From: Vibrio alginolyticus NBRC 15630 = ATCC 17749
GTDB taxonomy: Bacteria; Pseudomonadota; Gammaproteobacteria; Enterobacterales; Vibrionaceae
NCBI RefSeq assembly: GCF_000354175.2
Contig: NC_022349.1
Location: 2,190,001-2,222,000, forward strand
Length of the DNA: 32,000 nucleotides
Reading direction: 5' to 3'
Shown: positions 1 to 8,464 of the stretch, piece after piece
Position numbering within the stretch: the first letter of the stretch is position 1
Layout: the number at the start of each line of letters is the position of its first letter
Program-made: the position numbers and the translations under genes
Notes under the pieces: generated by a model
Seen by the model: the letters and a program-made list of their open reading frames with translations, nothing else
Told to the model about the DNA's origin: nothing
The model's database searches: none

Positions 1-1351
1 TGATGGACCAAAAAACGCCTTGGACATCACCGCTTAATGCTAGCTCCCAAGCATCTGACTCTTCCGGCTTCAGATCTTTCTCACCGTATGTTGGGTCATA
101 CTGTTGATATAGGTTTGGAGCCTTAAACGCAGTACCAAAAGAGGCTTTAACCCCAAACTCTGGTACAAACTGGTAACCAGCCGCTAAACTGTAAGTGAAC
201 TCACTACCGTATTCTTCGTTATCATCAAGGCGAGCACTGCCCTCGAGCATTGCTTTATCAATACTAGTGGTTGCCATACCAAACAGAGCGCCATTGGTAC
301 GATCAAACGTTTTATTCGCACTCTTGTCTTTATAAGACTCGTTGCGCCAATCAATACCACCAGCCAACGTCGTATTGTTGTTTAGCAAGTAACTGTTGGT
401 CCACTGGACATTTTGCTGCTCAAGTTCATCTTCAGTACCTGAGTGTTTGCCTTTTGCTTGCTCATAGTTCCAAGACTTCTGTTTCTGTGCTGTTACTTGT
501 AGTTCTGACATCACATTATCAGACTGATACTTACCGCCCAGAGTGACAGAAAGATCGTCTTTTTCTGCTTCGTAGTAACCGCGACTGCCGTAGCTGCTGT
601 CATATTGATAAACATTTTCGTAAGCACGTAGGTTACCAAATGCAGACCACTGGTCATTGAAGTTATGCACGTAACCTAGCAGACCATTCTTTGTATCAAA
701 GCCATGGCGATCGCCGTCATTAACTCCCGGTACAGGACGAACGTTATAACCATCATCACTTTCACTACCAAGCGCGATATTTAGCTGGCCGCTCTCTGTG
801 ACTTTAATACCAGATGCCACACTCAATTCTTGATAATCTAAACTACCTAAACCCGCACTTAACTTCGTTCCTTCTTCGTCAGCACGCGCAATGGTGATGA
901 TATTGATCACGCCACCAATCGCTTCTGAGCCATAAAGTGACGCACGCGCACCACGCACGTACTCAATACGTTGAACGTAAGTAAGTGGGATTTGGTTAAA
1001 GTCCACAGCGCCCTTCGCTGCTCGTGCAAAACGTACGCCATCAACCAGTACTAAAACTTGGTCGGAACTGGTTCCACGAACAAATAAAGACGCTAACTGA
1101 CCACGACCACCATTTTGTGAAACTTGAATCCCCGTAAGGCGACGCAATACATCTGGTAGGGTTTTCGCTTGAATGCGATCGATGTCTTGTCGAGTAACTA
1201 CTTCGACATCTGCCAACGTACGGCTTTCGGCTTGCTCAAAACGGTTTGCAGTAACAACGATGGTTTCGTCAGTGGAGGTTTCTTGGGCCTGTAGATAAGA
1301 GACAGGTGAAAGCAGCGATGCCAAAGTTATCGCCAGTGCGGATTTTCTCAT
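1..1351 (-). CDS. btuB: TonB-dependent vitamin B12 outer-membrane receptor BtuB (5' part only; gene runs off the window start)
   Basis: Open-ended minus-strand frame, absent from the ORF track. My translation from the ATG at 1351..1349 reads MRKSALAITLASLLSPVSYLQAQETSTDETIVVTANRFEQAESRTLADVEVVTRQDIDRIQAKTLPDVLRRLTGIQVSQNGGRGQLASLFVRGTSSDQVLVLVDGVR. This gives a signal peptide, TonB box and plug domain resembling E. coli BtuB as I recall it. A cobalamin riboswitch lies directly upstream, and btuB-trmA synteny holds. Confidence 0.9.
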   Translation of the reverse strand, partial: MRKSALAITLASLLSPVSYLQAQETSTDETIVVTANRFEQAESRTLADVEVVTRQDIDRIQAKTLPDVLRRLTGIQVSQNGGRGQLASLFVRGTSSDQVLVLVDGVRFARAAKGAVDFNQIPLTYVQRIEYVRGARASLYGSEAIGGVINIITIARADEEGTKLSAGLGSLDYQELSVASGIKVTESGQLNIALGSESDDGYNVRPVPGVNDGDRHGFDTKNGLLGYVHNFNDQWSAFGNLRAYENVYQYDSSYGSRGYYEAEKDDLSVTLGGKYQSDNVMSELQVTAQKQKSWNYEQAKGKHSGTEDELEQQNVQWTNSYLLNNNTTLAGGIDWRNESYKDKSANKTFDRTNGALFGMATTSIDKAMLEGSARLDDNEEYGSEFTYSLAAGYQFVPEFGVKASFGTAFKAPNLYQQYDPTYGEKDLKPEESDAWELALSGDVQGVFWSI

Positions 1352-1384
1352 TGTATTGTCCTAAATCGCGTAATTCCTTCCGAG

Positions 1385-1590
1385 CCCTGTCATCATGACA
1401 GTCCAGTGCTGTGGCTCAGTTGTTGGCAGGTATTCGGACTCAAGAGCACGGGTGTACCGCCTACTTGCTCGACTTCCCACATAAACTAATGCAGTGTCTG
1501 ATGAGCGTTCGTTCTCTTTTACCGCTGCGCGTCAGTTCTGGATTCACACCAGATTCCCATTTCAGCCATCTAGATTGCTAGATAGCACCA
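1385..1590 (-). promoter_or_regulatory. Cobalamin (B12) riboswitch in the btuB leader
   Basis: The minus-strand leader reads GGTGCTATC..GCTGAAATGGGAATCTGGTGTGAATCCAGAACTGACGCGCAGCGGTAAAAG, the conserved core. Further 3' is GAGTCCGAATACCTGCCAAC, a B12-box-like element (plus coords 1422..1440). A palindrome CTGTCATGATGACAG follows just before the RBS. The boundaries are approximate. Confidence 0.85.
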
Positions 1591-1791
1591 ACTTGAGGCA
1601 AATATTATTCAGCTATTGATTATTTGTCCAGCCAATATTGCCCTTAGAAGTTGTAACGTTTTGATTGATTTTGCTTTCTACTCTGCCTGTACGCACTATC
1701 TTTAAATCAATTCCAGTACAAAACTGGACATCCTATTGAGATTGAATAAAATCTGCGCTCTTAAATTGAATGCACCATAAAAGGTAAGATC

Positions 1792-2901
1792 ATGGCTACT
1801 CTTGATGTAAACCCACAACGCTACCAAGAACAACTGGCTGAAAAAGTCGAACGTCTCACGGATATGTTCGCGCCATACAACATGCCAGAACTGGAAGTGT
1901 TTGAATCACCAGAGCAGCACTACCGCATGCGTGCTGAGTTCCGTGTTTGGCATGAAGGCGAAGATCTTTACTACATCATGTTCAACCAAGAAACTCGTGA
2001 GAAGTACCGTGTTGACCAATTCCCTGCAGCAAGCCGTCTGATCAACGACCTGATGCCGCTATTGGTTGAAGCGATGAAAGACAACGACTCACTACGTCGT
2101 AAACTGTTCCAAGTGGATTTCCTATCGACGCTAAGTGGTGAGATTCTGGTCTCACTCCTTTACCATCGCCAACTTGATGAAGAGTGGATTGAAAACGCGA
2201 AAGCCCTTAAACAGCGTTTAAATGATGAAGGCTTTAACCTAAACATCATTGGTCGCGCTCGTAAGATGAAGATTGTCCTAGACCGAGACTACGTTATCGA
2301 GAAGCTCGATGTAAATGGTCAAAGCTACATCTACCAACAAGTAGAGAACAGCTTCACTCAGCCGAACGGCAAAGTCGCAGAGAAGATGCTGGAATGGGCG
2401 GTCGACTGTACCCAAGAAAGCACTGGCGACCTACTAGAGCTTTACTGTGGTAACGGTAACTTCTCGCTGGCGTTGGCACAGAATTTCGACCGCGTACTGG
2501 CAACTGAGCTAGCGAAGCCATCTGTGGTATCTGCACAGTACAACATCGCCGCCAATAAGATTGATAACGTACAAATCTTACGTCTATCGGCAGAGGAATT
2601 TACTCAAGCGATCGAAGGTAAGCGTGAATTCCGTCGTCTACAAGATGCAGGTGTGGATCTGAAGAGCTACAACTGCAACACGATTTTTGTCGATCCACCA
2701 CGTGCTGGGATGGATGTCGATACTTGTAAAATGGTGCAAGGTTACGAGCGCATCATGTACATCTCTTGTAACCCTGAGACTCTAAAAGAGAACTTGGACA
2801 TTCTATGCGAAACACACAACGTGACGCGTTTTGCTCTGTTTGACCAATTCCCTTATACCCACCACATGGAAGCAGGTGTAATGCTAGAGCGCATTAAATA
2901 A
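1792..2901 (+). CDS. trmA: tRNA (uracil54-C5)-methyltransferase TrmA; last ~15 codons supplied by the inserted island
   Basis: 369-aa ORF with SAM-MTase motifs ([23 protein letters not shown]) and the TrmA-typical N-terminus. btuB synteny holds. The 3' end from 2874 onward is duplicated in diverged form at 23266..23293. Confidence 0.92.
   Translation: MATLDVNPQRYQEQLAEKVERLTDMFAPYNMPELEVFESPEQHYRMRAEFRVWHEGEDLYYIMFNQETREKYRVDQFPAASRLINDLMPLLVEAMKDNDSLRRKLFQVDFLSTLSGEILVSLLYHRQLDEEWIENAKALKQRLNDEGFNLNIIGRARKMKIVLDRDYVIEKLDVNGQSYIYQQVENSFTQPNGKVAEKMLEWAVDCTQESTGDLLELYCGNGNFSLALAQNFDRVLATELAKPSVVSAQYNIAANKIDNVQILRLSAEEFTQAIEGKREFRRLQDAGVDLKSYNCNTIFVDPPRAGMDVDTCKMVQGYERIMYISCNPETLKENLDILCETHNVTRFALFDQFPYTHHMEAGVMLERIK
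2857..2873 (+). repeat. attL core (17-bp direct repeat within the trmA 3' end)
   Basis: ACCCACCACATGGAAGC is identical to 23249..23265. Both copies are in the trmA reading frame (T H H M E A). Confidence 0.8.
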
Positions 2902-2937
2902 GGGTTTAAAAGGTTTTTAATTGTAGCAAAAATCGCT

Positions 2938-2960
2938 CTGGGTACGGCTTGGGGTACGGG
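2938..2960 (+). repeat. Island-internal 23-bp repeat, left copy (candidate integrase/RDF arm-type site)
   Basis: CTGGGTACGGCTTGGGGTACGGG matches 23097..23119 (CTGGGTACGGCGTGGGGTACGGG) with 1 mismatch, in the same orientation. Each copy contains GGGTACGG twice, 12 bp apart. Confidence 0.55.
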
Positions 2961-3001
2961 AGCATCTAAAATGCTCGATTGTTATGATTGGATTTGATGT
3001 C

Positions 3002-3036
3002 AACGCCACCAGCTTTGCTAGTGGCGTTTTTGTTTT
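3002..3036 (+). terminator. Rho-independent terminator serving trmA in its island-occupied state
   Basis: Stem AACGCCAC / GTGGCGTT with an 11-nt loop, followed by TTTTTGTTTT. Confidence 0.6.
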
Positions 3037-3111
3037 AGCTATCACTAAATCCGAAGTCAGTGCGCACTCATTTTTCAGAAACAATCAGTTCTGAGTACTA
3101 AAACACCCAGG

Positions 3112-4044
3112 CTATTTTTTAGTTTGCTTGGTGTACTCCTGCTCTATGAGATACTCAATAAGTTTGTTTTTCTTCATATCAAGTGCTTTAGACAGGTGGT
3201 CAATTTTCTTTTGCAGAGACTCCTCCATCTCAAAACTGTAGGCCTTCACCTTTTTAAGCTTGTTCTTCTCTCTATGCTTATATTGATTCCATGAAAGATT
3301 CATCTTGTGAATGTACGCACTCTTGCTCATATTTTTCTCATCATAAAGTAGAGAAGCCTTAAAAAAGCTACTGCTACTCCATAGATAAAGGGATATGGCT
3401 AAGGATAAGTTAGCCGTATTGTTTGAAGCAGGTATCTCAAATGGTAGAAAAGCACCATCGCTTTCTAGCTTATTTTTTGTCCATTCAGCTCTATCTTCAT
3501 TCTCTTCTTTTGTTAGCTTGAAGAAAGGAGAACGCTTAAAGTCCAGATATTTGTTTTTTATCTCGTTCATGGCCTCTTGTTGCTTTAATGCATCTTGGAT
3601 ACCAGTTTCTTTAAATAAGTAATGCAAGAATATAGTTGTATGCATTTTCCACTTTGAAGCATGAGGCGAAAACTTTGGTACATATCCAACAACCGCATCA
3701 TTAGCACTTGTTGAAAAAACCACATCAAAATCTGAGATATTCTTCGCTTTAGTATCTTGCTTATTACACCTAACCACTAGAAGCATGCAATACCATATAA
3801 AGTAGGAAGATACGTAGTCACGAGTATCAATCCAGTCATACTCACTGAGCGCAATATTTCTAATTACAAAGTTATCTTTCAGTCTTTGAAGGCAACCTTC
3901 CGAATCTTTCTTCACAGCATCTTTGGCAATCATGATTCGAGCATCAATATCATCCTGATTGCTATCTATCGTGATCTCAAAACTAACATCAAAAAGAAAC
4001 CTAGGGTCATGTTCTACGTTGAATGTCTGTATTAAATTTGCCAT
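3112..4044 (-). CDS. Hypothetical protein, 310 aa, no recognised family; C-terminal ribbon-helix-helix-like segment
   Basis: Long uninterrupted ORF in a visibly AT-rich block. The C-terminus KKVKAYSFEMEESLQKKIDHLSKALDMKKNKLIEYLIEQEY fits a strand-helix-turn-helix (RHH/CopG-like) pattern. The N-terminal ~260 aa are unrecognised. Confidence 0.6.
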   Translation of the reverse strand: MANLIQTFNVEHDPRFLFDVSFEITIDSNQDDIDARIMIAKDAVKKDSEGCLQRLKDNFVIRNIALSEYDWIDTRDYVSSYFIWYCMLLVVRCNKQDTKAKNISDFDVVFSTSANDAVVGYVPKFSPHASKWKMHTTIFLHYLFKETGIQDALKQQEAMNEIKNKYLDFKRSPFFKLTKEENEDRAEWTKNKLESDGAFLPFEIPASNNTANLSLAISLYLWSSSSFFKASLLYDEKNMSKSAYIHKMNLSWNQYKHREKNKLKKVKAYSFEMEESLQKKIDHLSKALDMKKNKLIEYLIEQEYTKQTKK

Positions 4045-4481
4045 ATTTATTACTTAGTAATTTTTATGTAATTTTAAAGTATTTCTTATATGTTTTTATA
4101 GTATTTTTCAAATAAACAATCTGAAACCTAAACCAAGCTCACATAGGGGAATTGATGTGAGTTTTATGGTTTTCCAGTGGAGGAATATCGAAGGTGTCCT
4201 TGTTATGTGACAACGTAAGCTGAATTCATACCAAAAATACACAGTTTTGGTGGATACTATCCCATCCCAAAGCACGTCATAGCAGTAGTCAAACTTCTAC
4301 AAAGTCGAAGTTTTTATCAGAGTAACTTTTGCAAGTTTTGAAACCACAAGACGCCTTGTGAACAAAGATACGTGACTGGAAGAGGTGAGTAAAAAACTGT
4401 CGGTAATAATAGTATTTATATGAATCTTATCTAATAAATTACAACAACCTATCTACCTATTGAGAACACTAACCAATAGGA

Positions 4482-5132
4482 ATGATAGAAATGAACAACA
4501 ACAGTACAGACAAGCGTTACATCGGCGGTATGCTACTAAGCTGCAACTCGAATAACGGTCCTCTCGACGATAGCTACTTAGCCTCGATAAAACGAACTTT
4601 CGATTATGCACTAAGCCAATACCCTAGAACGTTGTTAATGCGATTTGACTTGCACTACCCCGATGGTTATTCAAATGCCAATGTCACAGGTAAACAGATC
4701 ACTAAGTTCCGAGAGTCCTTTAAAGCGATTATGTGTGCTTACTTAAAACGTAAAAGCCATAACCGCCACTCCGATCCTCGATTTATCTGGTGCAGAGAGA
4801 TCGTCACTTCAGCGTATCCTCACTATCACGTAGCTGTATTGTTGAATGGTGATGTTTTTAAAGGAGTGGGACCTTACGATGACATTAAGGGCGAGTACAT
4901 TTCGGGGATGATTGCTAAGGCCTGGGCAAGTGCAACCGGCCTTTCGGTCGAGCAGGCAAGCCGTGCGATTTATTTCCCCAACAACGGTACGTATGAAATC
5001 AACAGACGAGACAATACAGAGACCTTTTACAATCAATACAACCAAGCCTTTTACCGTGTCAGCTATTTGGCAAAACTAGAAAGCAAGCTTTTTGGAAACA
5101 GAGGAAGAAACTTCGATAGTAGTCGTCATTAG
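4482..5132 (+). CDS. YagK/YfjJ family (inovirus Gp2-like) protein
   Basis: YPRTLLMRFDLHYPD, FIWCREI..YPHYHVAVLLNGDVF and YRVSYLAKLESK..GRNFDSSR match the pattern of E. coli CP4-57 YfjJ / CP4-6 YagK as I recall them. The start may be the second ATG at 4491, which has better spacing to AGGA at 4478..4481. Confidence 0.7.
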   Translation: MIEMNNNSTDKRYIGGMLLSCNSNNGPLDDSYLASIKRTFDYALSQYPRTLLMRFDLHYPDGYSNANVTGKQITKFRESFKAIMCAYLKRKSHNRHSDPRFIWCREIVTSAYPHYHVAVLLNGDVFKGVGPYDDIKGEYISGMIAKAWASATGLSVEQASRAIYFPNNGTYEINRRDNTETFYNQYNQAFYRVSYLAKLESKLFGNRGRNFDSSRH

Positions 5133-5144
5133 CAAGGCAAAAAA

Positions 5145-5165
5145 GAAAGGCCCCTGCGGCCTTTC
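5145..5165. terminator. Bidirectional hairpin terminator between convergent genes
   Basis: GAAAGGCC-CCTGC-GGCCTTTC, flanked by an A-run on the left and T-containing sequence on the right. Confidence 0.55.
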
Positions 5166-5171
5166 TATAAT

Positions 5172-5618
5172 CTAATCTGTCGTATAGCGGAACTCACCTT
5201 CACTGGAAAAGATTTTTATCTCTAAGACTCTACAGCGCGTTGTGGTGACGTATCCGGTTGAATCCCCGTACTTCAGGTCCACTTCAGGATAACGATGCCA
5301 TACGACCCCATTCGCCTTGCTATCGCTAGATGGCTTTTTGTAGTCGGGATTGCTCAGATTATTGAGTAAGTCATCGGATTGGCTATATTTATTCTTGTTT
5401 ACAGTCATCTTGGGCATCTCTGGCCAAGCAACCTCACAATTGCCTCGGTTTACTTCAATGCCGAAGATGGTAGAGAAGTCAAAAAGAGACGTCACAAAGA
5501 TTTTCGTTTTCGTTCCCCATTGAGTATTGATGTCTTTATATTCCACTTTGTAGCCTTAAGCTGACGCATTAAAGGCTAATAACATTGACAGTGCTGCTGT
5601 AAGCACAATTGGTTTCAT
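5172..5618 (-). pseudogene. Small secreted protein gene interrupted by an in-frame TAA right after its signal peptide
   Basis: The ATG at 5618..5616 is preceded by AAAGGA. It encodes MKPIVLTAALSMLLAFNASA, then TAA (5558..5556). The same frame continues GYKVEYKDINTQWGT.. into the 124-aa ORF (5172..5546), which the track starts at a GTG. Confidence 0.6.
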
Positions 5619-5668
5619 GAGAAGTATCCTTTGAACAGTTATTCAATGAGTTGATATTAAAAGGTGGT

Positions 5669-5685
5669 TGCGACAACTTATGTCG
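5669..5685 (-). promoter_or_regulatory. Island 17-nt motif copy 1 (TGCGACAACTTATGTCG), 51 nt upstream of the secreted-protein gene start
   Basis: One of three copies with 14/17 invariant positions. On the minus strand CATAAG is followed 17 bp later by TAATAT (plus 5654..5659). Confidence 0.5.
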
Positions 5686-5727
5686 AAGAGAGGTTGGCTT
5701 TGAGAGACGTAACAGTGGAGACGCTAT

Positions 5728-6717
5728 CTACCAGCCAAAGATATAACGTAGACTACCTAAGCATGCCCCTAGTGCGCCGCCAATGATTTTGCCCAGGTGT
5801 TTGCCTGTAGCGCCAAACACACTTCCTATTTCTTCGCCGTATTGAGCACCTTGAGTCGTCGTGTCGAAGATTGCCTCCCACAAACTAAGACTGTTTTTTT
5901 TGTTGTAATCACTGGCATCGTTGTCTTTCCAATTCTCATGTCGAGGGGAAAGCGTGCGATTCGCCAGTAAGAGCCGTTTATTTTTTGGTAAACGCTCAAC
6001 AATCAAATACAGCAACTTGGAAAGGTTATAGGGCCGTTGCTTGACCAATCCATCACTGTGCCCCGCAACGTAGTAGACGGGCTTTAGATAAACCCCTGTT
6101 GCGCGTAATACGCGTCGATGAACCGAGCGCACCATGGTTTCAAGATAAGTTTTAGACACGGGTGTCGGTGTATTGCTTTCGTAGTCCCAGGATTGATTTC
6201 CTTTTAACGCATTATCGGCTTGATTAATGGCGATGATTAAACGGTGCTGTGCTTCTTCGCCTAATGCTGGAATAAGCACATCATTAATCAAGGTGATAGG
6301 TGTACCTAAATCGCGTGAGCCACCATCAAGAATCACAAGTACCAAGTCAATCACGAAACGGTTCTGCTCATCTCTGGCTCTCAGCGCATGTTTCAATAAG
6401 CGAGCATGGCGTTTGTCTTCTTCTAGGCCATCCCCCAGACCAGGACTATCCCAAAGAATAAGATTGTTCAGACGATATTGCGTAACACCCTGAGTGTGCG
6501 GTTCACACCCAATGCCCACTTCTGCAACGCCCATGTCAAAGAGAGCGTTAATCGTTGAACTTTTTCCTGCTCCGGTGGCTCCTGTAATGAGGATGTTGAG
6601 CTCGGTGGCTCTCATTTGTTTGAGGTTATCGAGTAACTTGGTGCGAGTACGCTCATTGAGGGATGCCTGGCGTATCTCGCTTTCAAGCGTAGTGAAAAGA
6701 TCGTGCTGTTCGGACAT
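5728..6717 (-). CDS. YfjP/YeeP-like small GTPase (MMR_HSR1-type) with C-terminal glycine-zipper tail
   Basis: G1 GATGAGKSS, G3 DSPGLGD and G4 NQAD are present. The C-terminus is GATGKHLGKIIGGALGACLGSLRYIFGW. The context resembles CP4-57-type islands. Confidence 0.8.
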   Translation of the reverse strand: MSEQHDLFTTLESEIRQASLNERTRTKLLDNLKQMRATELNILITGATGAGKSSTINALFDMGVAEVGIGCEPHTQGVTQYRLNNLILWDSPGLGDGLEEDKRHARLLKHALRARDEQNRFVIDLVLVILDGGSRDLGTPITLINDVLIPALGEEAQHRLIIAINQADNALKGNQSWDYESNTPTPVSKTYLETMVRSVHRRVLRATGVYLKPVYYVAGHSDGLVKQRPYNLSKLLYLIVERLPKNKRLLLANRTLSPRHENWKDNDASDYNKKNSLSLWEAIFDTTTQGAQYGEEIGSVFGATGKHLGKIIGGALGACLGSLRYIFGW

Positions 6718-6794
6718 AAGCGCTCCTTAGTTAGCGTCCGGAAAAATTACAACTAGCTACCTCCTTATGACGAACAAATCATGAGGACAGAAAA

Positions 6795-7016
6795 ATGAGA
6801 CTAATTCGACTAAAAGAAGTGCTGGATAATACAGGTTTGAGCCGTGCGTATATGTACAAACTCATGGCAGAGGGTAAGTTCCCTAAATCGGTATCACTGG
6901 GCTTTCGCAGCGTGGCTTGGGTAGAAAGCGAAGTACAAGACTGGATATTAGAAAGAGTGGCAGAACGAGATGAGCGATTGGGTTTGCCAATGCTAGAACA
7001 AGAGGCAGTGGCTTAA
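6795..7016 (+). CDS. alpA: AlpA-family phage regulatory protein / putative excisionase (RDF)
   Basis: MRLIRLKEVLDNTGLSRAYMYKLMAEGKFPKSVSLGFRSVAWVESEVQDWI is the typical AlpA/MerR-like HTH signature. The gene is co-resident with a P4-like integrase. Confidence 0.85.
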   Translation: MRLIRLKEVLDNTGLSRAYMYKLMAEGKFPKSVSLGFRSVAWVESEVQDWILERVAERDERLGLPMLEQEAVA

Positions 7017-8005
7017 GCAATTTTTGTGGTGCATTCCTCTTTTGTAATGCTCCAGACCTCATCACCAAACCCGCGTAACCATCGATCGAGCTGAAGTGAG
7101 TCAATCACCGTTGCCGTCACTTGATATCCACCATCAATTAATTCCACGTGCTGATCGATCGACAGCGGCGTTTCGAGTAAGTGATAACCGCTTTCTCTGC
7201 CAATACAAAACGACAGTCGTATTTCCTCCCCTTCACCAAAGTAAAAACGCCCATCTAAATCATACCGTTCCAAGTCAAAATCACTTGGATAAGCAAAATC
7301 AAACGTAGAGATGCTTGCTTTATGGATACGATGCAATGCCAAAGAACGTTCGTTGGTGTGACCGCGAAAACGGCACACGAGATAAAGACGGCTTCCTTGT
7401 TGCGCTAACCCCAATGGCATCACCTCTTTGCTTTTCTGCTCTAGATTGGCATTGGTATAACAAAGGGACAAATAACGATTGTGGAAGAGAGCGTAACTGA
7501 CCTTCTCAAAAATCTCATTGTCGATGTGGGGAGGAAGCAACGGTACGCCCTCACTAACAAAGCGCACTTTCTTTAGCCATTGACGCTCTTTCACATTGCT
7601 GGTGGTGGGAAATAGGTGTTGCTTGGCGTCATTGAAAACCGTGTCGAGAGTTTTCATCAAGTTCACAGGGAGAAGATAACGCAGATAATTTTCCGCCAAG
7701 CTCAATAAAACCGCCTCTTGTGGACCGTGTGAGAGCAAATGGCGCGAGCGACGACTATAGCCAAAAGGCTTGTCGCGCATATCCACGTCGACATCATCAA
7801 AGAACTGAGCGATATCGGTAAGATTGCGCTGAATGGTTCGCTCTGAACGCACAATGCCCACTTCACTCAGTTGCTGCTGGATCTCTTTGGCTGTGATTTT
7901 GCGACTGTTTGGAATGCGCTTATAAATCTCAAGAACCAGCTGGATGTAATGCTGAGAGCGATTAAGCTTAGTATCGTTCATAGATGGCTTTATTTTTAAG
8001 CGCAC
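7013..8005 (-). CDS. HTH-WYL-WCX domain transcriptional regulator (YfjR / BrxR-CapW-like architecture)
   Basis: N-terminal wHTH (ITAKEIQQQLSEVGIVRSERTIQRNLTDI). Central WYL-like block (SRLYLVCRFRGHTNERSLALHRI). C-terminal extension. The track start is a GTG; the ATG at 7981 (MNDTKLNRS) is an alternative. Confidence 0.75.
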   Translation of the reverse strand: MRLKIKPSMNDTKLNRSQHYIQLVLEIYKRIPNSRKITAKEIQQQLSEVGIVRSERTIQRNLTDIAQFFDDVDVDMRDKPFGYSRRSRHLLSHGPQEAVLLSLAENYLRYLLPVNLMKTLDTVFNDAKQHLFPTTSNVKERQWLKKVRFVSEGVPLLPPHIDNEIFEKVSYALFHNRYLSLCYTNANLEQKSKEVMPLGLAQQGSRLYLVCRFRGHTNERSLALHRIHKASISTFDFAYPSDFDLERYDLDGRFYFGEGEEIRLSFCIGRESGYHLLETPLSIDQHVELIDGGYQVTATVIDSLQLDRWLRGFGDEVWSITKEECTTKIA

Positions 8006-8078
8006 GAGCCCTCACCCATACAAGAGACGAGTAAAGACAATGAGCTAACGAATTGATTAAAGAGAGTTTACGAGGCGC

Positions 8079-8095
8079 TGCGTTGACTTATGTCG
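8079..8095 (-). promoter_or_regulatory. Island 17-nt motif copy 2 (TGCGTTGACTTATGTCG), upstream of the WYL regulator gene
   Basis: It lies 74 nt upstream of the GTG at 8005 and just downstream of the preceding terminator. CATAAG is followed 16 bp later by TAAACT (plus 8065..8070). Confidence 0.5.
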
Positions 8096-8110
8096 CAGCA
8101 GTTTTGCAAG

Positions 8111-8150
8111 GAAATAAAGAAAGCAGCGGACACGGCAAAGCGCCGTGTCC
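8111..8150 (-). terminator. Rho-independent terminator after the 83-aa gene
   Basis: The minus strand reads GGACACGGC-GCTTT-GCCGTGTCC, followed by GCTGCTTTCTTTATTTC. Confidence 0.55.
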
Positions 8151-8161
8151 ACTTACCATCA

Positions 8162-8413
8162 TTAACGGTGACGGTTCACCAAGCTTTGAATGGCATCGTC
8201 ACTATAGCCACGACTTTTAAGCTCCTGGCGAGCAGCCCCAATGGCCCATGTACCGCCTGAACGATTGGCAATAGTGCGCGCTAACTGATCATCACTCTTA
8301 CGAGCAGCATCCGCTTGCGCTTCTTTCATATCACCGTACGTATCAGAAGCCATCTTCGCTCCCGCTTGTGCGCCTGCTTTAGCAAGCTTTCCAACGTTGT
8401 CCCATAATCCCAT
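8162..8413 (-). CDS. Hypothetical small protein (83 aa), Ala/Gly-rich N-terminus
   Basis: The ORF has an AAGGA RBS (taagaaggataaccta-ATG), its own terminator and a conserved upstream motif copy. No family was recognised. Confidence 0.55.
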   Translation of the reverse strand: MGLWDNVGKLAKAGAQAGAKMASDTYGDMKEAQADAARKSDDQLARTIANRSGGTWAIGAARQELKSRGYSDDAIQSLVNRHR

Positions 8414-8464
8414 TAGGTTATCCTTCTTATTAAGTGGTCAATTCCCATGCATAGTACGAACTGG

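Noticed and set aside
271-546. 91-aa plus-strand ORF
   Set aside because: It lies entirely antisense within the btuB coding region, which has strong homology support on the minus strand. The sequence is Cys/Leu-rich and non-protein-like.
2354-2536. 60-aa minus-strand ORF
   Set aside because: Antisense inside trmA.
3395-3622. 75-aa plus-strand ORF
   Set aside because: Antisense inside the 310-aa ORF in AT-rich DNA, with no RBS.
4809-5045. 78-aa minus-strand ORF
   Set aside because: Antisense inside the yfjJ-like gene.
6227-6730. Two plus-strand ORFs (88 and 78 aa)
   Set aside because: Antisense to the GTPase gene, whose P-loop/G3/G4 motifs validate the minus-strand frame.
6756-6772. Possible fourth copy of the 17-nt motif (..CCTTATGACG) between the GTPase gene and alpA
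   Set aside because: It matches only the core (8 of 10 core positions) and lacks the TGCG part, which is too weak to count. A similar weak match is ATTGATGTCG at 10402..10411.
6883-7500. Several 61-73 aa ORFs overlapping alpA and the WYL gene
   Set aside because: They are alternative or antisense frames of well-supported genes.
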